From NCBI GenBank assembly GCA_038087875.1, contig CM075987.1:16184001-16248000 (forward strand): a DNA stretch of 64,000 bases. Reading direction: 5' to 3'. Shown here in pieces: positions 11,493-24,695 of the stretch (the stretch's first letter is position 1; each line of letters opens with the position of its first letter). Source of the stretch: Malacoraja senta. Lineage: Eukaryota. The position numbers were made by a program, and so were the translations under genes. The notes beneath the pieces are model-generated. The model was not told the DNA's origin. It did not search any database and saw nothing but the letters and a program-made list of their open reading frames with translations.

Positions 11493-14449
11493 CTCCTCCG
11501 AGCTGAACCTGTTGCCTGTGTTCACTGGATTCACCCCAATGTTATATATATCAATATGTGAAAAATCAGTGTTACCGATAAATGTGCAATATTTTCTGCG
11601 ACTAAGACTACTGAAAGTATCATACAACCAGCATCCATTCAGTTTTACCTGAGACTGAAAGACATGAAACTGGAATGGATTACAGAGTTGAGAAGGAACG
11701 GTGAAGGGCAGCCATTGGATCTACCCTTTTCCCACAGGAGTGGGGGAGGGTTAAATGTCCTTCCTCGTTATGGTACAAGGAAGACCATGCATTCAGTGAA
11801 GTCTCCTGGAATACATCCAGAGTAATGATGGGAACGTAAGAAGATGGAACTGCATTTCCATCATCTAGCTGATCAAAGGGTAAGCTAATGCGACACGAGT
11901 TCTCCGTGAAGTCTGAACTATTGTCTTTCAGCCCTTGCACAGCAACTGGCTTTGCCTGGAATGTCAGGTTATTAAAATGCAAAGAGAACACTAATCTATC
12001 ATCAAATATAGAAGTTGTTGGTTTTCAGTTACAGAACACTTATCCCTGTGGCTGGCCGATTCTCTAAAGTCACGGTGAAACACAAGGTCCATCCTGAACT
12101 TATCCTGAACAAAGCTTCGAGTTTGCTCGAGTCTGGGTATGAGTGACTCGGAATCCAGCAGGGAGAGCTCCCCACTTTAGAGGTTGTTCTCAATGTAGTG
12201 TAACCAATGACATATTGTGGGGAATTCCAATCCCAGTATCTCTCTCCTGGATGTCACTAATCAGATCAAGGACAAATGACGTATGACACGGTGCAGAGAT
12301 GTGCAGCCAACAGTGGATGCTTTTGTCTTACTGAATAGTTAAGCTGGAACTGACAGAATTGTACAGTTATAATCTGAGCCATTCTTGGCTAATGAGAAAC
12401 ATTTGTTTTTTATTTGCAAATAATATGACTCATTTTCAAATGAACAGCGTTAATTTTTTTTTAAAGTTTGTTTTGTACAAAAAAGCACTTGAATCTTTTT
12501 TGGTCCAATATTTATTCATTGTACAGCCATTATATTGATGAGTGGAATTGTAAATTTCTTACTGTTGAATATGATCTAATATATTGACTTGTTACTTGTA
12601 TGCAGTTGCCATTTGCTCAATGGTCTTTTGTCTGGTGAGATGTGTTGTCTTTGGTACATTTTTGTATATTGTAAAAAGGACGATCACGAATACAGCTTCA
12701 AACAAGATCTGTTCTGACTGTTTATATTTGACTTCCAGTCAGCCATGACAAGCAGCTGGCATTATTTGTCACCAGCCTTTGTTACTGCGACACACTATTC
12801 TGCCCATGATCACCCTATCATTCAACACAGTGCTTGTGCACTGTATGTGGTTTGCTGAAGCCAGGTCCTTACCTCACCAGTAGGATTCTTTGTTCTGTTT
12901 TGAGTTAGGACAGGTCATTCCAGGACTCTCAGCAGAATCTCCAACCTCCTGTCAACATAAATTATATCTGTGGCAGAATCCAGGTCCAGTACTAACTGAG
13001 TGGAAAGTTCACGCACCACTACCTAACAAAATCAAATCCCATGTTGTTTCTGCACATGCAGCGAGACACAGGGTACGGAAAGTGGTTTACACTTGATTAC
13101 GTTATCTTCTCCTGCTACTCGAGTACAGCGCACTGGGCCTCTGACTTGTTTTACAAGTTATCTATAATGCCTAAGAAAACTGAACTTTGAATAGTTAAAC
13201 CACATTCAGAACCATTCTGCTAGAAGAATTAGACTGAAAATATCACCTATGATGTAATATGTCTAAATGCATAACACACCAGTCCAACCTGTAGTTCATT
13301 ACCCATTTGACTAAGCCACTGCTATTGTGTAACTTTTTCTTAAAGCATATTCCACAGGACTGGAATTCTTATTAGGACAGGAGCCTGTTCCCCAGGCAGC
13401 AAGACTCCTTGCACCTGCTATTCCCCCATAGTCTCCTATCCTTGAACTAAACAGGCCTGAGACTGAACTCCTTCCAACTTAATTGTCAGCTGATGGTGTG
13501 AGCTCAAGAACCATCAGAGAGGTAAGGACTCTCCTATTCCAGGGCCGATACCCAAATGGTACCTACTTCTCCAGAACCTCATTCCAGCCATTACAGTCTT
13601 ACTTAACCCTCAATATCAAGTGGGTCCTTAATTGTACATGATATTCAAGAGCCCCAAAACAGAAGGCAACATGAATCAGGAAAAGCACGGCATAAGCTGC
13701 AGTCACATCACAACAGGAAAGACCACAACACCTGCTGGAGAATCAATCACTTTAGCTCCTGGCCAATACTGAAAATTCTTCAAGAGCCCCACCATCACCA
13801 ATGGCCTTGCATCATGAGGTTAGAAGTTGGACACCCAATGATAAGTGCACAATGCTAATTTCCCTTCCCGATTCCCTTCAAAAGCCTGCAAGTAGAAAGA
13901 TGGATACCATTCAGGCTTGGCCGTGTCTTCATTTGAAACCAGGCTGGCAGCATCAGTGACTTGCGTTCATTAACATAAAGCAGCAGAGGAAGAAAGAAAC
14001 CCCCTTCAATTCATAGCAGGGACCAGTATACCAGTGGTGCTCTGGCGTGATCATACCACATACAAAATGGATAGCAAGTTTTCCATCAGCTGGATTTTTT
14101 TTAAACACCAATAAATGGAATAATCTGCATCACTAAAGTGTTACATAAGCAAAGGGTGAGGCGCTTTATGTTTTTCAGAGTTACTTTAAGAAACATCTTA
14201 ATGCAGAGACAAATCGCACAACATCAGTTACCATGGAAACAATACTCGGTTGTGAATCTAGCTGCACCATTTGCTTTGAATGTCTTCATTATGTTAACTC
14301 TAATCAGAGTGCACAGCGTGGAAAAGAATACCTCACAATCTCAGTCTCATGGACACACATACACTAATCTTTCTCTTATGCAGGTATCCTATGCCACATT
14401 GCACAATATTTCACACTCAACACATTCCCTTCTCTTACCCATTCAGTTT

Positions 14450-14925
14450 TTTAAAAGGGACTGTTCACAGAGTTTCCCTGGTCTATTCTTCAGTCCGATC
14501 ACCCCCTATTCTATGCACTTTCACTATCCTTTCCTGCCATTTCACCTCTTCCTTCCCTACCATCCAGGAACCCAAACTGTCCTTCCCAGTGAAACAATAA
14601 TACACAAGCACTTTTTCCAATCTTGTGTCCTGCATTCGACATTCATAATGTGGTCTGACCTACACTGGAGAAACAAAATAATCGACTGACCACTTTGCAG
14701 AGCACCTGCATTCCGTGTGCAAGGGCAGCTTCAAACTCCCACATACCTGCTATTTTAATCTCCCATTTACCCCCACCCCCCTCTGACTTAACAGTCCGTG
14801 ACCTCCTGCACCATTACAATGAGGTTCAACGCTAGCTTAATGAACAGACAGACGCCTTACCTTCCATCTGGGACCACTGCAGCTTTTAGGACCCGGTATC
14901 AATTTCTATGATTTCAGATAACTTG
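14450..14925 (+). mobile_element. Degraded Penelope-like GIY-YIG endonuclease remnant
   Basis: IQEPKLSFPVKQ..TSTFSNLVSCIRH..CGLTYTGETK...FAEHLHSV...HLGPLQ, with stops and frameshifts. Confidence 0.7.
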
Positions 14926-17733
14926 CTTTCTTTAATTTCAATAGAACTGTATCTGCTACAAGCCATCCACCTCTGATATTGATTCCTCTTTTCACTCTCC
15001 AAGGCTACAGCCAGGCCTGCTGGACATGTCACACAGTGCTGGATTTTACAACTTTTTACATTATTTTGTTTGTATAACCATTTCCCATCATTCAGACCCC
15101 CTTTCCTGCAAGCAGAGACTGTCCTTCCATTACAGACTCTCTAAATCCACCATGGGATCAATCTGTCGTTATCCAACAACACAATAATTGCACTCAAATC
15201 ATCTCACTTAGAAAGCTTCACTGGCCATTATTTTGGGGACAATTCCACTGTCCTCTGCCATGGGTTCTTTTACATGCACTGGAAAATAATAAGGCAAAAC
15301 TTCAGTTTATCAATTCTTCAAATACAAAAAATAACCTTACAGCCCCTTAGAAGTGTTTGGTGTGTCTGCCGGGAACTTTGCGCACAAGTCTCTACATTAA
15401 ATCACCAAATCAAAAGTGCTCAGGAGCTCGCCACAGGTAACACAAGGTAGCCCTGGCCTCTCACTAAATACATCTGTTGCAATCACATCACTCACTCTAA
15501 GACACAGCAAATCCTACCTTTTCTGGATCAAGAGATTTCTCCTGGAATGCATATTTGATTTATTGATGAACAATGCAGTAGATTACTGAATAAATGAAGC
15601 AAGTACAAAAATGAGTCACTGTATCTTGGAATTAGCAGTAACCTTTTCCAGGGCATAGTTTTTAGCTCAGCAGTCCCTTTTCATTGACAATATCATTTGG
15701 CAAGCAGTCTTGGCAACTCTTATTTTTAAACAGGCCATAACTTGGAAGGATAACAGCAAGTTCATATATACACACCCACACAGACCGGTTATGCCTTTTG
15801 TGTGGGTGAAAATAGGATGGTGTGACAACGTGTTCCACTAGATCTTGCTACATTCAACAATAATAAACCAATATCAAGCCATATGCAAACCAGACTGTTT
15901 TTGTATTTGCTCCTTTTCATCTTTGTGTGTTGAGACATTTCAACATGTATATGGACTTGGATGTCTTTAAATAATCATAATTTCCATATGGCATTTTCCA
16001 ATTAGGAAGCAAAAGGCCCCTCCACCCCTCTCCCTTATATAATCATTCCAACTTCCTTTTCCATTGGATGAGACTAAGCCAAATTGTTCCTGTACCAACC
16101 CTCGGGTTTTAGCCATATAGTTTGACCTCAAGGTTTCTATGTTTTAATTGTTTTAGCTGTCAGCATCTGTCCCCAGTAACTCACAACGGTACTTAACTTT
16201 GTTCTAACCATGAGCTAAATATTAATTTATACAAGTTTATTGCAGCTTATAACATAGAAAAGTACAGCACAGGATCAGGCCCTTCAGCCCACAATGTTTG
16301 TTCAGAACATGGTGCTATGATAAAAAATAATTTTATCTGCCTGCAAATATTCCATATCCATTCTTTCCCTGCATATTCACGTCTACCGAAAAGCTTTGTT
16401 AATGCTACTGTCATATCTGCCTCCCGCCTGTTTCCAATACTTACTATCCACTGTGTATCAAACTTGCCCCGGACATTCCTTTTAAATTCTGCCCCTTTCA
16501 CCTTAAAGTTATGTCCACTAGTCTTCGACATTTACTGACTGCCTACCCTATCTATGCCTCTCATAAGCTTACATACTTCTATCAGGTCTCCCATCAACTT
16601 CCTGCATTGAGATGAGACCTAAAAAAACCCCATTTAGAACATAGAACAGTACAGCACAAGAACAGGCCCGTCGACTCACAATGTCTGTGCCGAACATGAT
16701 GCCAAGACCAACTCTTATCTGCCTGCACATAATCCATATCCATGCATAGTCATGTGCCTACCTAACAGCCTCTTAAATGCCACTATCGTATCTGCTTCCA
16801 CAACCGACCCCAGCAATGATTTTCAGGCACTCACCACCCTCGTGCAAATAAAGTTGCCCTAGCACATCTCCTTTTAACGTTGTGCCTATCACCAAGCTTT
16901 GCCCTCTATTATTTGACATTTCCATCCTGGGAAAACAGTTCTGACTCTACCCTATCTATGCCTCTTATAATTCCAGAGAAAATAATCCAAGTGTGTCCAA
17001 CCTCTCCCGATAGCTAATGCCCCCTGAATTAGCCTAACTTGTAAATATACTGGAATAGTTACAACATAGGCATCCGACTGACAATGTCAAAAATTGTGCA
17101 GATATGTTCTGGCTACAAAACAAGACACACGCGCTCACGCACACTTAAAGTAATAAAACACATACCTAATTTGGGGATTCCTGGCCATGGCCCCTTCAGT
17201 TGCCATGTTGCCTTGTCTATGATAGTGATGCATATTTAAAGAACTCCTCCAGCTTCTGACATTTTCCATATCATCTCCTCACGGCAAGATTGAACCCCAC
17301 AAAAAAACTGTGGGATTGGATCATCACATGAGACATTTTAAGAGGCATTCCTGTTCACTTTATTCATGGCAGGATGGGTACAATAATAGAAGACAGCTGT
17401 AACCTGTGGAACTTTCCCTTAAACACTGCCAGCAATAATGCCATGCAATATAATAGAACTGTTCATAGTGCCAAATTACAAAATGTGTTCCCCATTGGTT
17501 AACTGAATTGGAACCTTGCAAGTTATAGTCCAAACAACTTAAAAATCTGCTATTATAGTCACTGTCACAATGAACAATGAATTGTTTTCTTAAAATAAGT
17601 GATTTTATTTATTTTTCCAAAATGTAATCAAAATTAGTGGCCTGGAAAGAATAAATGTACTTTGCTGTTGATCATTTAAAAATGTAAGTTTAACTACAAA
17701 ACAATGGCATTTATTACTAGGTCCCTATAAGAC

Positions 17734-17832
17734 CTAACAAGGTAACTTGCAAACTTGATCTTGGAGACAGTATACTGCATTGATTTTGGGCAGGATTGAG
17801 GTCTGCATTCCCCGATCTTCAGAAGCCAAATC
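17734..17832 (-). CDS. Putative terminal exon of the unidentified gene, DLASEDRGMQTSILPKINAVYCLQDQVCKLPC*
   Basis: Strong polypyrimidine acceptor (tctttctctcctcccaccttatttgcag), phase 0, TAG stop, and a minus-strand AATAAA at 17710-17715. Confidence 0.5.
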   Translation of the reverse strand, partial: DLASEDRGMQTSILPKINAVYCLQDQVCKLPC

Positions 17833-18785
17833 CTGCAAATAAGGTGGGAGGAGAGAAAGATATTTTCAAAATACAATGCATGAAAAATCCAGGTGAAAGC
17901 CATCATTTCTTACAACAAAATACTGTACTGGTTCACCTGAGAATTTAGTCTTATAAACCACATTTGTTTGTAATCACTGAGCCAATTTTATATCCTGTTA
18001 ATCTAATTTTTTAATAAACTTTATGACCATACAATGTCATAAGATTAAAAGACCTAGGACCAGAATTAGACCATTCAGCCCATCGAGTCTGATCCACCAT
18101 TCGATCATGTTTGATCTATTTTTTTCCCTCACAACCTCATTCTCTTACCTTCACCCGGTAACCTTTGACACTCTTACTAATCAAGAATCTATTAATCTCT
18201 GCTTTAAAAATGGCTTCCACCGTCATCTGTTTCAATAAATTCCACAGATTCACCACCCTCTGGCAAAAGAAATTCCTCCTAATCACAATTCTAAAGGTAT
18301 GTCCTTTTATTCTGAGTCTGTACCCTCTGGTCCTAGATGCTCCCATTACTGGAAACACCCTTTCCACAACCACTTTATCTAGGCCTTTCATTGTACCACC
18401 AGGGGGGCACCGACGATGGCTGCCTAGCCAACGATCTGTCTGTCTTTTCTTCCTGTTTTGTTACTTTAAGTATGTGTTAAAAGTATGTTTTAGTGTTTCT
18501 TGGTGAGCCGAAGGTTTGGCTGATATCTCTTAACAGTTTTATTATTGTTTCTCGGTCTCATAATGGCTTCTTTGACTTTCATTGGCACAACTTTGGTCCT
18601 CATGTTGATAAACAGCAATAAAAGTTTCCAAAGGTGATGGAAAGACTAGAAGAAAGACTAGGTGCTGAGAACTCTCTTATATCTGCATTAAGGAGGCAAT
18701 TAAACACACCTGAGCAATTACAAACACCTGTGAAGTCATGTCCCAAACATTATGGTGCCCTGAAATGGGGGGACTATGTATAAAC

Positions 18786-20490
18786 CAGGCACATGCCGTC
18801 AGGGTAGGCAACGTAGGCACTGTCTACCCTGACTAAAATTATAAAATGATAATTATTAAATATAAATAGTAAAGGCACAGGAGAATTATGCCTAACTAAG
18901 AGAACGATCTCTTAGGTAGGCATAATTCTCCGTGCCTTTCATGCGCAGTACATGTAATACGGGAAAGTATGTGCAGCTCACGTGCCGTCTACGCTGCTTC
19001 AAGCCTTCACGACAAGGGGAGCTGAAGGCAGCTGAAATTCTGCCTTTGCACCGTGGACTGTGTACTGCGCATGCGCAGCGCAAGTTTCTTGGCGGGTTTT
19101 TCCAAACATGGATTGTCATTATCTTAAGAGTATCTTAAGAAACAAAGAGAGAAGAATGGAGTTTGTGTACAAATAATGTGGTAAGTAGATTTCTTTGAGC
19201 TTTATGTTTTTAAATACCGTATTTCCCGATAATGAAGACGCTATTTCTTACCCCAAAATAAGGCACGAAAATTTACATGCGTCTTGGAGGCCGAAGGTTA
19301 GGTTGTTAGCCAAAAAAGATAGACTTGGCTATCCCTCAGTACAGCAACATCAAGAATGATGTTGCTGCACTGAGGGATTGCCAAGTCTATCCCTCATTGT
19401 TGGCAGCTGATGGGAAGCAGCTGTAAAGTGGGAAGCGGCTGTAAAAGGACAGCGCTGCTGGGGGGTGGGGGGGGGGGAAAGAGTTCCTTTCACAGCGTGT
19501 GGGGAGTCTGGCCAGGGGTAAAGTTGCGGGGAGGCAGGAGCATTGAGAAGGAGGGGGTCGGGGATCATGCCAGCAACCAGCTCAAGAGCGGGTCAGTGGG
19601 CGATGGATAACAGGACAGCGGGCGGTGGAGCTTACTCCTGTGTCAGCGCGAGTAACCTCAATTGGTCCCTTGTTCGCGCTGACACAGGAGTAAGCTCCAC
19701 CGCCCGCTGTCCTATTATCCATCGCCCGCTGACCCGCCCCGCTCTATCTTTGCTCTTGAGCTGGTCCCCTCACCGTTCAGAAGGAGAGCCCTGCCAGAGG
19801 TGAGCGGGCCGGCAGAAGGCGCTGAGGTCCTGGCAGCCGTTCGTAGCCACCCGAGCTACTTCCCTCCCCGGCCACAAAGCGGTGGCTCCGCACACGGAGC
19901 GCCGCGGCAGCGGTGAGTGAGTGGGTTACTGGCATGATCCCCGACCCCCTCCTTCTCAATGTCCCTGCCCTCCCCCGCAACTTTACCCCTGGGCCAGACT
20001 CCCCACACGCTGTGAAAGGAACTCTCCCCGCAATTGGTCCCTTGAACTAGTATTGTCATTCAATAAGATGACAACTGATTCAACTTGTCCCGGTGTGCCC
20101 CCGTTTTTCCCACCATCTCTCCACATGCCATCACCCTCCACCCCCCACCCATTCAGTAATTCAGAATGAAGGAGATTTGGAAGCCTTGGGCAAATTGAAT
20201 TGTTACTTTCTTTCTTTATTTTTTTTTATTTTTCTTGAGCGTGAGAAATTCTATGTCCCGCCAGCCTTCCTTCAGAATTTAGCAACTCAAAATGGGGGTG
20301 GGTCTTCGACGCAGGTGCGTCTTCATTGCCGGAAAATATGGTACTTTATTAAGGGATATGGCTTTTGAAGACTTTATAAAAGTCGACTGACAGCTTACGG
20401 AGAGGAGAACAATCTGCGCATGCGCGGTTTAAGATTTTTTAAAAGCCGACTGACTGCCTACCCCGAGTAATTACTCACGGCATGTTCCTG
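18786..20490. mobile_element. Non-autonomous hAT-type DNA transposon
   Basis: 8-bp TSD GTATAAAC (18778-18785, 20491-20498); TIRs CAGGCACATGCCGT / ACGGCATGTTCCTG. Confidence 0.9.
19217..20341. mobile_element. Non-autonomous pogo/Tc2-like element nested in the hAT element
   Basis: TA flanks; ~25-bp TIRs CCGTATTTCCCGATAATGAAGACGC / GCGTCTTCATTGCCGGAAAATATGG. Confidence 0.8.
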
Positions 20491-20636
20491 GTATAAACAC
20501 AGCTGTAATTTCTACATGGTGAAACCAAAATGTATAAAAATACCCTTTATTAAAATCTGACAATGTGTACTTTAACCACATGTGATTTTTTTTCTATTAC
20601 AAATCTAAAACTGTGGAGTACAGTCAAATAAATAAA

Positions 20637-21205
20637 TAGAATAGAATAGAATATAAACTTTATTTGCCACACGACCAGGGTTGGTGGTAATTGGGTTCGG
20701 TACATGATGGTACTGCTTTAGCACATTAACACTAACAACAATAATAATAAAGCACATCACAAATCACAAATCTCACCAACAATACATAGTGCAAAAGAAC
20801 AGACAAAAACCATAGACAAGACACTGTATACATCAAAGTCAAAAAGTTATTGGAGGGAATTAAGTGTTCTTATTGCTGAGGGGAAGAAACTGTTTTTAAA
20901 ACGGGTGGATTTTGTAGCAAGTGACCTAAGGCGCCTCCCTGAAGGGAGAGACTGGAAAAGGTGGTTTGCTGGATGGGAGGGGTCCGAGATGATCTTTGTT
21001 GCCCGTTTTGAGGTACGTTGGAGGTAAATGGAATGGATTGAGGGGAGGGGAGAGTTGATGATCCTAGAGGCCTTGGAGACAATGCGCTGTATTCTGTGTA
21101 GTGAGTGACTGTCAGTGTTTCCGTACCAGACTGTGATTGAGGAGGTGATGATGCTTTCAATGATGGATTGATAGAAGCGTACCAGGAGGTGTTTGTGGAC
21201 TCTGA
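20637..21205 (-). mobile_element. Rex1/Babar-type LINE 3' fragment with an open C-terminal frame and (TTCTA)n tail, inserted in a Tc1 TIR
   Basis: Minus frame 21205 to 20847 reads FYQSIIESIITSSITVWYG...DPSHPANHLFQSLPSGRRLRS...RFKNSFFPSAIRTLN* with no internal stop. Confidence 0.85.
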
Positions 21206-21249
21206 ATGATGAGTCTTTGTCCCAAACATTATGGAGGGCATTGTATATT

Positions 21250-22330
21250 GTTTAGCAAAGAGTATCCTCCAACTCTCCTTTATCTATCCTACTTGTTACT
21301 TCTACAAAGAATTCCACCAGACTTGTCAGGCAAGATCTCCCCTTAACAAAACCATGCTGCCTTCGGCCTATTTTATCATGTGCTGCTTCCAAGTATCCTG
21401 AAATCTCATCCTAATAATGAACTCTAAAATTTTACCAATCACTGAAGTCATGCTAATCGGCCTACAATTTCCTTTCTTTTGCCTTGCTCCCTTCTTAAAC
21501 AGTAGTTACATTTGCGATTTTACAGTTCTCTCTAACCATTCCTGACTAGTGATTCTTGAAAGATCACCATTAATGCCTCCACAATCTTTACAGCTACCTT
21601 TCAGAACCCTGCAGCCTAGTCCATCTGGTCCAGGTCACTGTCCACCTTCAGACCGTTCAGCTTCCCAAATACCTTCTCCTTTGTAATAGTGACTGCACTC
21701 ACTTCTGGCCTCTGACTCTCTTGAATTTGCTGGTGTTTTCCACTGCCGCAAAAAACTTATTGAGTTTGTTCGTCGTTTGTTTGTTGGGCAAGACTACTTC
21801 TCCGGCTCATTTTCCAATATCTACTCTTGGCTCTTTTTTATTCTTCATATACCTGAAAAATCTTTTGGTATCCTCTTTTATATTATTGGCTAGCTTACCC
21901 TTCATGTTTCATCTTTTCTCCACTTATTTATTGAGTTGCATTCTGTTGTGTTTTTGAAAGCATCCCACTAATCTTTGCCATGTTATATGCCTCTTCATTT
22001 GCTCTAATGCTGTCTTAGACTTCCTTTGTCTGCCATGGTCACCTCATTCTCCCCTTAGTATGCATCTTCCTCTTTGGGATGAAAAAAATTGGGATGAAAA
22101 GTCTTCCGCATTACTTCCAGATACTTCTGCCATTGCTGCCACCGCCATTCCTACTAGGATCCCCTTCCAATCACCTTTAGGCAGATCCTCCCTCACCACT
22201 CGGCAGTTAGCTTTATTGAACAGTTATACCAATACATCCAATTTCAGCTTCTCTCTCTAACTGTAGGTTGAATTCTATCATATTTGATCACTGCCTCCTA
22301 CAGGTTCCTTCGCCTTAAGCTCCCGAACCA
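21250..22330 (-). mobile_element. Degraded CR1 ORF2 internal fragment
   Basis: Diverged similarity to 3660-4560 (for example accatgctg, tcccttcttaaa). Confidence 0.7.
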
Positions 22331-23013
22331 AATCATATTTTATCAAACATCTGCTGCACATCCACTTCCATTCCCAACTGCATCTCCTGCTTCAAAAACT
22401 TCATGAATTTGATCAAGATATTCAAAAACTATTTGCGTTAACAAATCAATGCACCGTATCTTCCCCTTTGCTGTACCCATTGTACTCGAGTTGGATTTGA
22501 CTGCATTCATGTACAGCATTATCTGATTTGCATGGATATCATGCTAAACAAAACTTTACACTATACCTCGGTACATGTGACAATAATAAACCTAAATTCA
22601 GTGATTGCAGGGTTGGAAGGATTGTAGGATGCTGCCTCCACATCAGGGTCCACATTTTTTCAAATGTTAATTAACTTTGTCCTTGATTTGCATCGTTATT
22701 TTTTTCCCAGCCATTCATTATTAAAGGGCTAACCACTACATAATTCAAGTGTATGCCTCTTTCCTTTTTTCTGAAAACACAAACAATTGCATTCTTTATT
22801 CTCTGGTCCCATTCCTAAATTCAAAGGCCATTAGACCAGTTACAGCACCACCAACCTCTACTTGTAAAATGCCATTTTATTCAGGACGTCTTACAAGCAT
22901 AGGTACTCTTTAATTTACAAGATGTGGACCCGAACTTAAATTCTACAAATGAAAAGATAGTAGTAGCAGCCTCCAATCCACTTTACATCTTTCCAGAAAA
23001 AACGGAGACTTAC

Positions 23014-23215
23014 CTTGGGCAAACAACTGATTTTTGTTGGTGCCGATCTCGAAAAAGGCCTGAGTAAACCAAGACGACTTGTTGATGATAGCTGGGCCAC
23101 TTTGTCAACAAGGCAGGAGGTAATTTGCTGTGGCCGTGGAACCAGACCCAGGTCACCTACTTTATAGTGGGTCAGAAGGCCTGATTCTTCAACAGCACTA
23201 GAGGCAGAACCTTGT
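23014..23215 (-). CDS. Putative exon of an unidentified gene, QGSASSAVEESGLLTHYKVGDLGLVPRP...RPFSRSAPTKISCLPK
   Basis: ttttttttcaccccatag acceptor and AAG|gtaagt consensus donor; 202 nt open frame, phase 2/0, joining the 24481-24695 exon in frame. Confidence 0.6.
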
Positions 23216-24480
23216 CTATGGGGTGAAAAAAAACAGGTCTTGAGGATGGAAAGGAGGTGAAAACAAAAATTGTTACCAACACTGCTTTAGCCTATGGCGA
23301 ATTACTACCAGCTAAACAAACATTGAACCCACATTTAAGAGGCTATTAGATAGGTACATGGATATGCATTGATATATATGGATCACATGCAGACAGGGGA
23401 GATTTGTTTAATCTGACATTATGTTCGGCATGGACATTGTGTGTCAAAGAGCTTGTTTCTTGCTGTACTGTGAAACCAACTACGAATGACACAGTGATAG
23501 TCTAAGCAGGAAGATTAAAACAAAACCAGGTATTACACCTTGGATTTGATTCCTGAATTTACAGCAAATGATCTTAGGTCTAATGACCTATGGCAATGGG
23601 ATGAAATCAGCAGGATTTCAGAGTCCAGACTGCCATTAGTCACTCTCCATGGAAACACATCCCAGGGAGCCTGCATTAAACCCACCACCAAATAGCAATA
23701 AACACATGCTATTCAATGTAGAGTGAATGAATTCTGAATATTCCAAACCACAGTGGCGTAGTGGTAGAGTCGCTGCCTTACAGCATCAAAGGCCAGAGTT
23801 TGTTCCTCATTATGGGTGCTCTCTGCACAGAGTATGTACATTCTCCGTGACTGTGGGGTTTTTCCGGGTGCTCCAGTTCCCTCACACATTCCAAAGACAT
23901 GCAAGTTTGTAGGTTAATTGACTTCTGTAAATTGTCCCTAGTGTGTAGGATACAACTAGTGTACGGGGGATCGTTAGTCGGTGCGCACTCCACGCTGCAT
24001 CTCTATACTAACAGGAATAAATTTCAGTTCAAGTTTGTAAAGATCCCATATTACTGCCATTCCTTTATCAGCTGAGTCAGCCTCCATTACAGGGTCAGGC
24101 AGCAACTGTTTGACCAGATCAACACTGGAGAAAATGGCACACCTTATACTGTACGTGTTCTTATTTTATGCTGAATGAGATGATCTTGGGTGAAACAGAT
24201 ATTGTGCACCAAAAGCCAGTTTGTGCCAATTCATGTCCCCATGGCTTAAGTTCACATCCTTGGCTCATGAACAATTGTGGCTTGGATGTCATACCACGGG
24301 ACTAATCCAGCACAAAAAAGTGGTTTCATACCAAGGAAGGAACCTGAACTTAAGTTTTAAAAGGATACACAACAATTAAATTAATATATTTTCCTGAAAA
24401 ACAAAATCACACCTTATAAAGGCAGAAAAACAGAGCAAAATAAATGGATTAACACCTGGATTCAAAATTTGTCCGCACAC

Positions 24481-24695
24481 CTTGCTCTTATATTCCCTGG
24501 TTTATGTTCAATAATAGGCAGCTCAGTGGTAATAAATTCCTCTGGTGAAGGTCCAAGATTAAGTACAGCCGCACTGTTCAGCAACTGCAGCAGTTTCTGC
24601 ATCATTTGACTTCGGCGAGTATACACTGCCATCTCAGATTCTGTCTTTTCTACACCGATGGTAAGAAAGTTTTCATCTGTACATTCTGTGCTCTC
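24481..24695 (-). CDS. Putative exon of an unidentified gene, ESTECTDENFLTIGVEK...IIEHKPGNIRA(R)
   Basis: ttttctccacag acceptor and AG|gtgtgc donor; 215 nt open frame, phase 0/2; unique, non-repeat-like sequence. Confidence 0.55.

Larger units (their letters stand above)
18505..21243 (-). mobile_element. Left end of the same Tc1 family (TIR and transposase start), split by nested insertions
   Basis: 18505-18785, 20499-20636 and 21206-21243 reverse-complement to about 62217-62665. Confidence 0.9.

Noticed and set aside
11493..14120. End of the RALGDS 3' UTR
   Set aside because: An AU-rich tract at about 12400-12680 and AATAAA at 14110 are both candidates; the end cannot be fixed from sequence alone.
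15207..15541. Minus-strand exon-like segments (24 nt at 15518-15541 and about 15207-15278)
   Set aside because: They lie beyond the predicted stop and polyA signal of the unidentified gene, and no convincing frame chain was found.
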